A stretch of DNA of 27,623 nucleotides, taken from an uncultured Candidatus Saccharibacteria bacterium. Its GTDB lineage: Bacteria; Patescibacteriota; Minisyncoccia; Phycocordibacterales; PALSA-1337. The position numbers and the translations under genes were made by a program. Under the pieces are notes generated by a model. The model did no database searches and was not told the DNA's origin. It saw only the letters and a program-made list of their open reading frames with translations. Every line of letters begins with the position of its first letter. Within the stretch, counting starts at the first letter, position 1. Shown here piece by piece: positions 18,324 to 25,240 of the stretch. The stretch spans positions 1 through 27,623 of the forward strand of contig CAZVXQ010000001.1 of the NCBI GenBank assembly GCA_964630815.1, read 5' to 3'.

Positions 18324-18722
18324 CTAGAGGTCCTTCTTAATCTTGAGCTTCCACAAATCTATATCTGCGTAGAAAACTGAGTCCTTCTTTTCAGCTATAA
18401 GTTCACGAAGCTTGGTTGAGAATCGAGACACAGAATAGCGTGGAGCAACCTTAATCTTCTTGGCACTTGAAACAACATATACTTTGACCCCCTTATTTAC
18501 AGCATTTTTTATCACGTATTCAAAATCACCATCGTTAGTAAACATCAGGAATTCTACACCTTCTTTAGCTAAATTAGTTGCGTCCACCGAAAGTTCTGCA
18601 TCACAATTAGATTTCCATCGAACAGTCCCTTCCGTTTTATAATCAATTTCATTTGCACACTTCGGACAAGCAATTTTAATGACTTTACCTGGATTTTTGT
18701 AGATGTTATAGGGCTTATTTTC
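18324..18722 (-). pseudogene. 5'-truncated NYN (LabA/DUF88, PIN-like) domain gene
   Basis: The frame is open for 132 aa from an in-frame TGA (18723-18725): ENKPYNIY…CPKC…KSNCDAELSVDA…FTNDGDFEYVIKNAVNKGVKVYVVS. The N-terminal D.x.N motif and a start codon are missing. Confidence 0.65.
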
Positions 18723-18891
18723 TCAATACAGTTTTAACAGTATAGTATCCAAGTTGCTTTCCGGTAGTGTCATAAAATCTCCCATTCTTCTCACTAACAG
18801 CTTCAACGGGGTTAATAAAAAATCTATATCCAATAACCAGAAGAATGATCAGGACAATGATCGATAGAATAATACAAAGATATTTATTCAT
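18715..18891 (-). CDS. Short membrane-anchored ORF, possibly a truncated gene
   Basis: MNKYLCIILSIIVLIILLVIGYRFF…; its ATG lies 1 nt after the upstream stop; it ends where the NYN remnant begins. Confidence 0.5.
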   Translation of the reverse strand: MNKYLCIILSIIVLIILLVIGYRFFINPVEAVSEKNGRFYDTTGKQLGYYTVKTVLRK

Positions 18892-18892
18892 A

Positions 18893-19744
18893 TTATGGTT
18901 CATTTTGATTTATCCAGTTTATAAAATTATCTTGTTCAATTTTGAAATTTGATTCAAAATTCACTTTTTTGGATAGACTCAAAGATAGAAGCCATTCTCT
19001 AAACATTCCAAATGCCTCATAAGCTCCCTTTTTGCAGCGTAGACCGTAATCTGCTAAAATTTCATTCATTTTTACTTTATCCGACTTTAGATTAAGTGCA
19101 CCGAGATCTTGTCCAATTTGTGTTAAACCAGACTCGCGGACGACGTTATAAGCAAGAGTTTGGCACTGTTCTAAAACGTATTGAGACTCCATTGCAACTG
19201 CATTTTGATGGATTTTCCAATAGCCAGCGATCAGGATCAGCAATCCAATTACTATCAAGAGTAGATATTTACGGCCGTGAAGTACTTTTCCTAGTATTAG
19301 TAATATTAAAGATAGTAATGATGAATATAAAGCAAGCATTATTATAAATCCCAATGGTTCCAGGTCGCTGAAATTAACTTTTATTCCACCAGCAATTTTA
19401 ATAATTGAAGCAAGAACATGGACAGAAAAAAAACTTATTCCGACCGTTATAATTCCAACAAGAATAACTGAGCAAATAATCTGTAAAACTGTTGGATTAC
19501 CTGACTTTCTAAGAAAGTTAAGAGCCAAAACTACTGCCACAGGAATCAACATAAATAGACTTAGAACAGAAGTCGCTAATAGCCCATTATTTAACAGCTG
19601 ATCAATACTAGAATAAGTGCCCACGAATGACGGGGACCATGGGGAAAATATGTAAGGGATTATCAAAAATAATATCGTAAAACCAAGGAAAAATAGTGAT
19701 AGTAATTTTGAAATCCTTTGATTCAGTGTAGTCTCATTTTCCAT
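18893..19744 (-). CDS. Polytopic membrane hypothetical protein
   Basis: About five TM segments plus a soluble C-terminal domain. Start placed at MENET, 2 nt after the upstream stop. Confidence 0.7.
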   Translation of the reverse strand: MENETTLNQRISKLLSLFFLGFTILFLIIPYIFSPWSPSFVGTYSSIDQLLNNGLLATSVLSLFMLIPVAVVLALNFLRKSGNPTVLQIICSVILVGIITVGISFFSVHVLASIIKIAGGIKVNFSDLEPLGFIIMLALYSSLLSLILLILGKVLHGRKYLLLIVIGLLILIAGYWKIHQNAVAMESQYVLEQCQTLAYNVVRESGLTQIGQDLGALNLKSDKVKMNEILADYGLRCKKGAYEAFGMFREWLLSLSLSKKVNFESNFKIEQDNFINWINQNEP

Positions 19745-19746
19745 GA

Positions 19747-20718
19747 TTATTTTTGACAAATATTTTGAGAATTAAATCTAGAGGCTTTGTTAAGATAACC
19801 TGTACTATCAACACAGTAGAATTCACCAGTTGTTAACTTAACAGTTACAGCATAATTTTTTCCATCCATACAGCTAATATTATTACCTACTTTTTCCTTT
19901 AGCTCATTCAAGGTTTTAGTAAATACAGTTCCTGTTGACTTACAAATTTCTGAATAATCGGTATGAGAATCCAAATACAATTCTGCTCCTGGTCGTAGGC
20001 CGGCAATCGTAGATTTAACCTCATTATCTTGAGCAGTGTTGCCTGCCTGCTCTACAAATTGTGATACTTTGGTAGTATCAAATGATATTGATTCTATTGC
20101 TGATGAACCTTTCATTAACCAATCTTGGGAGCCGTTTCTTGAAACTATCGTCGCGAAAAAGAGAACGGTCGTACCATTGTATTTTAATGGGACAAAGTAC
20201 TGAACACTTTTTGCTGTTGTTTCGTTATAACTGACTTTATAACCATTTTGTCCACCAATTGACACATCCCCCTTCGTATAAGAGTGGTTTGGCAAGGAAC
20301 CTAAGTAAGTTAATTGTTTTTCGTTTTCAGCCAAAGCATTCGCTCTTCGATCAACACCTACATATATTATGCTGTCGTAGGTTGGTTCTGATTTAAGTGG
20401 ATTTACTAATACAGACTGCTGAGTAGTTTGGGTCTTTGGAGTCTCTCTTAGACTATTTCTATCAAAAAAATTCACCGTATCCAGTGTCTTTTCAATTCCC
20501 CAATCTTCTGGATACATAAAGCTGAACAAGCCAGAAAGGTCTGTATATTTATTCGTGGAATTTGAAACTGACTTGACAGAAAGATTTGTATTTCCATTAA
20601 CATTCTGTGATTGAGACGTTTTTGCTTCCCTAGAGTAATAATATACTCCGCCTCCAATTGCTAAGACTGCAATAATTATTAAAATTGGCACGACGAACCC
20701 TTTTTGTGAATTTTTCAT
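19747..20718 (-). CDS. Exported protein with pilin-like leader, PsbP-like middle and pilin-like C-terminal domain
   Basis: QKG|FVVPILIIIAVLAIGGG leader; YTDLSGLFSFMYPEDW (PsbP-like); C-terminal DNEVKSTIAGLRPGAELY…C…C…YAVTVKL…YCVDSTG. Confidence 0.72.
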   Translation of the reverse strand: MKNSQKGFVVPILIIIAVLAIGGGVYYYSREAKTSQSQNVNGNTNLSVKSVSNSTNKYTDLSGLFSFMYPEDWGIEKTLDTVNFFDRNSLRETPKTQTTQQSVLVNPLKSEPTYDSIIYVGVDRRANALAENEKQLTYLGSLPNHSYTKGDVSIGGQNGYKVSYNETTAKSVQYFVPLKYNGTTVLFFATIVSRNGSQDWLMKGSSAIESISFDTTKVSQFVEQAGNTAQDNEVKSTIAGLRPGAELYLDSHTDYSEICKSTGTVFTKTLNELKEKVGNNISCMDGKNYAVTVKLTTGEFYCVDSTGYLNKASRFNSQNICQK

Positions 20719-21404
20719 AGTAATTTTTTTAAATATAAATTATTATGTTGGTATTACTGTACCACATATAGGGAAGTTTCTCCAGAGTGTCCTGATGGTA
20801 AGGAGATCGAGTTTATCTTTACCGCTTTCTTGCCACCTGTTCGCCCCTGTGCGCGATTTTCTGCTCCAAGTAAGCCATTTCCCCAACTTTGAACGTATTC
20901 TCTACCGTGTCGGCAAAATTCGAGAATTACGTAGTTTACGGTTTTACCCCACCCCTCACATCACTATACTTATCGCAATCTGGTGATATTATGATGTTCA
21001 CGACATCCACAACGTTCACACGATAAGGCTAGGATATGGGCCATATGTGAACGTCGCCATGAAAATGTGAATGTATATGGAGTAATTACCTCAATGGAAA
21101 ATTGACCTTTGGAAGAAGCTGATTCTGAACAAAGATGGAGAATTCGACGAAAAAACTCGATATACATAATTTCCGTTTCTTTGAGCCTGCCGAATAACGC
21201 GTGCTCATCCGCAGCAATGTTCAGAAAAATATCTACAGGATAAACATTGCTGCTAAGAATGAGTCGCTCATGAATATAAGCGGCAACAATACTCCTTTGG
21301 AGGATTCATATTTCTATTTCGATCCGGCTCATACTATTAGTAATTCTAACAAAAGAAAACTGCAGACACATGGTTTCCGTGTCTACTAAATGGGGTCCAT
21401 ATCA

Positions 21405-21425
21405 GTGACCCTACGGGGAGTCGAA
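21405..21425 (-). other. tRNA 3'-end fragment (T-loop, T-stem, acceptor 3' strand; Glu-like), candidate att site
   Basis: The minus strand reads TTCGACT-CCCCG-TAGGGTC-AC; no tRNA 5' half is present upstream. Confidence 0.55.
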
Positions 21426-21556
21426 GCTTACAGCTTCGGTACAGGTTTCGCGCGGTGCTCGCTTCGCTGCGCGCCGCATGCTCAACCTTTTCGACTCCCC
21501 GCCGCTCGCGCGCAGGCGCGAGCTTAGGCTCACACTCGCTACGCTCGTGTGACCCT
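21414..21556. other. GC-rich multi-hairpin palindrome, candidate single-strand origin
   Basis: IRs CGGGGAGTCGAA/TTCGACTCCCCG (21414-25/21490-501), GCTCGCGC/GCGCGAGC (21504-23) and TCACAC/GTGTGA (21530-52), with CTCGCTWCGCT loops. Confidence 0.5.
21415..21450 (+). repeat. 36-bp perfect direct repeat, copy 2
   Basis: Identical to 17375-17410. Confidence 0.92.
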
Positions 21557-21601
21557 CGTTAGTGGAGATTGGAACCAGATTATTACACAAATAAAGTATT
21601 T

Positions 21602-21639
21602 TAACCAAAAAGCCCCCTATTAAGGAGGCTTTTTGGTTA
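21602..21639 (-). terminator. Intrinsic terminator of the DUF3892 operon
   Basis: Minus strand GCCTCCT-TAAT-AGGGGGC-TTTTT right after the stop codon. Confidence 0.75.
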
Positions 21640-21906
21640 GCACTCTGGAAGATTTAGGAGATTATCCTTTCCTGTCCAGTCTGGAATTGTACGAATGTAC
21701 GGGTCTCGACCGGCGCCAGGATAAACAACTGTAACCCATGCTACTGAACCAGCCACACTAACGTAAAACGAATCGGTACGGTTCTCAATTAGACGAATCA
21801 CATGCTCACGCGTATGAATGACACCGTCATATCTTACATGAGTAATATGTTCGTGCGTGCTATTACGATTCGGCTTGCGAATCGCTGTAATTTGATGTTG
21901 CGACAT
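21637..21906 (-). CDS. DUF3892 domain protein
   Basis: QITAIRK…HEHITHV…TREHVIRLIE…FYV…PYIRT.PD.T..DNLLNLPEC pattern. Confidence 0.8.
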   Translation of the reverse strand: MSQHQITAIRKPNRNSTHEHITHVRYDGVIHTREHVIRLIENRTDSFYVSVAGSVAWVTVVYPGAGRDPYIRTIPDWTGKDNLLNLPEC

Positions 21907-21946
21907 CTTTGTAATTTTAAAGAGTGAATAATATGGTACTTACTGC

Positions 21947-22162
21947 CTAATGTTTCTGTCGGTTATATGGAGATTGGTTCGCAGGCTTGAGAGAAACATG
22001 CTTCACTGAAGCTTGATTACGAACGCTATCTTCAGAACGACCGAGCTTCAATCCGATAACTCGTGTAGGTGTGTTGTCTGCGGCAAGGGTACGAAGTGTT
22101 TTCGTCTCTTGTGCTGACCACGGCTTCCCAGAGTTTCTGATGTAGTATGGTTTTCCTGCCAT
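21947..22162 (-). CDS. Small conserved basic protein with a putative HTH/Myb-like fold
   Basis: GKPWSAQETKTLRTLAADNTPTRVIGLKLGRSEDSVRNQAS…SLKPANQSPYNR. Confidence 0.72.
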   Translation of the reverse strand: MAGKPYYIRNSGKPWSAQETKTLRTLAADNTPTRVIGLKLGRSEDSVRNQASVKHVSLKPANQSPYNRQKH

Positions 22163-22291
22163 TTGGTTTTAGCGTTATTGAACACTTGATAATCATCTCT
22201 TGGCCAAGAGATGGCGAGAGCGAAAGTGTCGTCTTCGCTGACGCTGTTCGGAGAAGCGTTCTCTGACGAGAGTGGCCAATCCTCATGCGTA

Positions 22292-22319
22292 ATTATAAAT
22301 CTATATTTTGAAAATGCAA
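22292..22319 (-). promoter_or_regulatory. Leftward promoter for the HTH-DUF3892 operon
   Basis: TTGCAT-16 nt-TATAAT on the minus strand. Confidence 0.55.
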
Positions 22320-22350
22320 GCTTTTTGTTCAATACATTGTCAACAGTTTA

Positions 22351-22378
22351 TTGACACGACAACTCAATAGGCTATAAT
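22351..22378 (+). promoter_or_regulatory. Rightward consensus promoter for the repressor (leaderless)
   Basis: TTGACA-16 nt-TATAAT; the ATG begins 7 nt after the -10. Confidence 0.75.
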
Positions 22379-22384
22379 TGACGT

Positions 22385-23050
22385 ATGAACCCAATCCAAG
22401 AAAAACTCATAGAGCTATCACAAAAACACAATATTAAGAAAATGGGCTTAAGACATATAGGAAGACTTATCGGCATTGAACATCCCCAAACCATAAAGTA
22501 CCACTTACAAAAACTCGGATTACTTGATGGTAGTAAGAAGCAGAGACCTGATGTAAAGAAAATTATTATTCAAAAAAAACCTAAGCAAGAACTTATTTCT
22601 GTACCTATTTTAGGACTTGCTAACTGTGGAGATGCGACCATGTTTGCCGATTCGAAGGTCGAAGGTAACCTAATGCTTTCTTCCAAATTATTGTCTTGCA
22701 GAGATTCACGTAATTTATTCGCAGTCCGAGCAGTTGGTTCTTCTATGAACCAAGCAAATGTAAATGGAAAAAATATTGACGATGGCGATTATGTTGTTGT
22801 TGATGGTAAAGATAATGATGTCAAAACAGGCGATTATGTCCTGTCCGTTATTGCTGGGCTAGCAAACATTAAAAAGATTGTCAAAGATGATTCCCAAAAA
22901 CAAATTGCCCTGATATCTGAATCGAAGCAATTCTTTCCGCCAATTTACCTTCACTTGGATGATTTAAACGATTATATAGTTAATGGTAAGGTTGTAGATG
23001 TTATAAAAGAATCAAATGATACGAATGATATTCGATACGAACCCCTTTAA
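22385..23050 (+). CDS. LexA/cI-like S24 self-cleaving repressor
   Basis: N-terminal HTH (GLRHIGRLIGIEHPQTIKYHLQKL); VPILGLANCG cleavage loop; RAVGSSM (Ser) and ANIKK (Lys) dyad. Confidence 0.88.
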   Translation: MNPIQEKLIELSQKHNIKKMGLRHIGRLIGIEHPQTIKYHLQKLGLLDGSKKQRPDVKKIIIQKKPKQELISVPILGLANCGDATMFADSKVEGNLMLSSKLLSCRDSRNLFAVRAVGSSMNQANVNGKNIDDGDYVVVDGKDNDVKTGDYVLSVIAGLANIKKIVKDDSQKQIALISESKQFFPPIYLHLDDLNDYIVNGKVVDVIKESNDTNDIRYEPL

Positions 23051-23076
23051 TAGGTTTGTTATGATAAAATTAACAT

Positions 23077-23976
23077 ATGAACATAGATATTATAGAAAAT
23101 GAGAATCTACCTATAAATAGATTAAAAAGTCTTGCTAAAGAATCTACATCTGTTAGCGCCAATTTAATTCTTGGTGATTGTCTCGATGTGCTTAAACAAA
23201 TTGAATCGAATTCTGTTGATTTAGTTGTGACTTCACCGCCCTATAGTGACCAACGAGGTTCCACTTATGGTGGCATAAAACCAGAAAAATATGTTGAGTG
23301 GTTTACTCCTATAACTGCAGAATTATTGAGGGTTCTAAAACCTACTGGCACTTTTGTACTGAACATTAAGGAAAAGGTTGCTGATGGTGAAAGGCATACT
23401 TATGTATTAGAGCTTATTTTGGAGATGCGCAAACAGGGATGGCTTTGGACTGAAGAGTTTATTTGGCACAAAAAAAATTGCTATCCGGGTAAATGGCCTA
23501 ATCGATTTAGAGACGCATGGGAAAGACTTTTGCAATTCAACAAGGACAGAAAATTTAATATGTACCAAGACAATGTAATGGTACCTACTGGTGATTGGGC
23601 TAAAACAAGACTCAAGAATTTAAGTGAAACTGACAAAAGGCGTGATAATTCCAAAGTTGGAAGCGGTTTTGGTAAGAACATATCTAAATGGGTTGGTCGT
23701 GATATGGCTTATCCAAGTAATGTTCTGCATATGGCTACAGAAAGTAGTAATAAAAATCATAGTGCTGTATTCCCTAAGGAGTTACCTACGTGGTTTATTA
23801 AATTATTTACAAAACCGGGAGATGTTGTGTTAGACCCTTTCCTTGGTTCCGGTACGACTTGCATTGTTGCTAAGCAAATGGGGCGTAACAGCATCGGCAT
23901 TGAGATAAAAAAAGAGTATTATGATGTTGCGAGTACAAATGTCGCTAGCGTACAATCATCACTTCAGCTTTTCTAA
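23077..23976 (+). CDS. Beta-class N4-C/N6-A DNA methyltransferase
   Basis: GDC start, motif IV VTSPPY preceding motif I DPFLGSGTT, IGIEI. Confidence 0.93.
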   Translation: MNIDIIENENLPINRLKSLAKESTSVSANLILGDCLDVLKQIESNSVDLVVTSPPYSDQRGSTYGGIKPEKYVEWFTPITAELLRVLKPTGTFVLNIKEKVADGERHTYVLELILEMRKQGWLWTEEFIWHKKNCYPGKWPNRFRDAWERLLQFNKDRKFNMYQDNVMVPTGDWAKTRLKNLSETDKRRDNSKVGSGFGKNISKWVGRDMAYPSNVLHMATESSNKNHSAVFPKELPTWFIKLFTKPGDVVLDPFLGSGTTCIVAKQMGRNSIGIEIKKEYYDVASTNVASVQSSLQLF

Positions 23977-23980
23977 ATTT

Positions 23981-24751
23981 ATGACTAAATTAAATCAAGA
24001 AGAATTATTTGCTTACATATCAGAGACTGTTATGAAGCCGTTTTATGAGATAAGATTGGCTAAACTAACTGCACTAGATTTACATTCAATTCTCAAAAGG
24101 AAAAACCCGTATCTTTTTAAGGCGAAAAATATTGAGACAAGTGGAGACCTTGTAAAATATATTTTAGACGCTTTTCTTTCCTCACAGGAAGAAACGATTT
24201 TTGGTAATTTACTCGAATCGCTTGCTATTTTCATTTGCGAAAAGGTCTATAAGGGGCACAAAGCAGAACAAGGTGTATTAAAGAGTGTTGACTTGGAATT
24301 TATCAGGGACGGTAAATATTATATTGTTGGTATAAAGTCTGGTCCTAATTGGGGCAATAAGGACCAAGTGGACAGAATGAAATTCAATTTTAGATTTGCT
24401 AAGAAATTGTTGCGAAAGAAAGGAATTGAGAATGAAATAGTAGCAGTAAATGGCTGTATTTATGGGAAAGACAATAACCCATTTAAGGAGGATAAAAACC
24501 CCGAGGAAAGCTACTATAAACTGTGTGGCGAAGAATTTTGGGAGCTAGTCTCTGGTGATAGAGAGTTATATAAGAAAATTATTTTGCCGCTTGAAAAGGA
24601 AGCTAAAAAAAGAGGTGAGCATTTCTCTGAAATTTATGCCTCAAAGAGTAACGAGATGATAAAGGAATTTTCTGATAATTTCCTAACAAAAAAGGGTCTT
24701 ATCGATTGGGAAAAAATTATTGATTTTGTTTCAAAGAAGAATGGTGATTAG
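23981..24751 (+). CDS. Type II restriction endonuclease, EcoO109I/PmeII-like PD-(D/E)xK
   Basis: KRKNPYLFKAK, SSQEETIFGNLLESLAI, VDLEF…IVGIKSGPNWGN; starts 4 nt after the MTase stop. Confidence 0.8.
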   Translation: MTKLNQEELFAYISETVMKPFYEIRLAKLTALDLHSILKRKNPYLFKAKNIETSGDLVKYILDAFLSSQEETIFGNLLESLAIFICEKVYKGHKAEQGVLKSVDLEFIRDGKYYIVGIKSGPNWGNKDQVDRMKFNFRFAKKLLRKKGIENEIVAVNGCIYGKDNNPFKEDKNPEESYYKLCGEEFWELVSGDRELYKKIILPLEKEAKKRGEHFSEIYASKSNEMIKEFSDNFLTKKGLIDWEKIIDFVSKKNGD

Positions 24752-24908
24752 GCCTTGCGAAAGCAAGAAATAACCCTGCAAGATTGTTCAGACACTGTTC
24801 AGCCATTTCTTCTGAAAGAATTACTCCGTTTTCTTCTCTAAAAATCGTTATAGTCTCGTTAATTAGTTTTTGACTGTATCGGTGTGGTGGTATCTCTAGC
24901 TGATTCAT
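24717..24908 (-). CDS. Small acidic helical protein
   Basis: YSQKLINETITIFREENGVILSEEMAEQCLNNLAGLFLAFAR; overlaps both neighbours, so the start is uncertain. Confidence 0.5.
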   Translation of the reverse strand: MNQLEIPPHRYSQKLINETITIFREENGVILSEEMAEQCLNNLAGLFLAFARPNHHSSLKQNQ

Positions 24909-25086
24909 TTATCGGTTTGTTAGATTGTAAATGTTTCTCAATTTTTTCGAGCAGGTCAGTAATTCTATTTATCTTCCAGTACCAAGTAACAAGCTCTCTG
25001 ATAACCATGAAGAAAATGAATCCCCAGAATAGGTAAAGCAATAAATCTGATAGATGTACTGAAGGAAAAAATGATGCGATATTCAT
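24859..25086 (-). CDS. 75-aa single-pass membrane protein
   Basis: LLLYLFWGFIFFMVIRELVTWYWKINRITDLLEKIEK; first ORF after the structured RNA. Confidence 0.6.
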   Translation of the reverse strand: MNIASFFPSVHLSDLLLYLFWGFIFFMVIRELVTWYWKINRITDLLEKIEKHLQSNKPINESARDTTTPIQSKTN

Positions 25087-25106
25087 AATATTTGATTATT
25101 AAATAC

Positions 25107-25240
25107 AAAAAGCCCACCACATAGGTAGGAGCCGAAGCCCCTCATGCCAGTTTCCCGACATGGCCAACGAGGACACCCTATATGATGGGTTCTTTGTCCT
25201 CGTTGGACTTCGTTCGCCATGCCCTTTCGGGTTTAGGCAC
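25107..25240 (-). ncRNA. Structured leader / cloverleaf RNA with competing terminator (C4/CI-like)
   Basis: GAAA and cUUCGg hairpins, a 13-bp closing stem with G-U pairs only on the minus strand, a 12-nt internal antisense pair, a terminator with U5, and upstream TTGCTG-17-TATAAT (25260-25288). Confidence 0.6.

Larger units (their letters stand above)
17375..21404. mobile_element. Decayed genomic island between the two 36-bp repeats
   Basis: Bounded by the direct repeat; contains a GC-rich orphan ORF, a 5'-truncated NYN gene and a frameshift-rich stretch. No mobility gene is recognisable. Confidence 0.45.

Noticed and set aside
18715-18730. UGA read-through (genetic code 25) to rescue the NYN gene
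   Set aside because: Reading through TGA 18723-25 gives MTLPESNLDTILLKLY, which is not NYN-like; all long genes are intact in the standard code and some end in TGA.
17411-21400. Integron cassette array
   Set aside because: No attC sites (RYYYAAC…GTTRRRY) between the co-oriented ORFs and no intI.
17375-21450. The 36-bp hairpin-containing repeat as a CRISPR repeat
   Set aside because: Only two full copies 4 kb apart, no spacer-sized intervals and no cas genes.
21405-21560. Complete or intron-containing tRNA gene
   Set aside because: Only the T-arm and 3' acceptor strand are present; no D-arm, anticodon arm or 5' acceptor strand upstream on the minus strand.
22048-22332. 94-aa minus-strand ORF (and the 22032-22286 frame)
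   Set aside because: Overlaps the conserved 71-aa gene out of frame, spans the promoter and structured leader, and has no recognisable motif.
23921-23980. Longer N-terminus of the restriction enzyme given by the ORF track
   Set aside because: It overlaps the MTase C-terminus; the ATG at 23981 fits the operon spacing.
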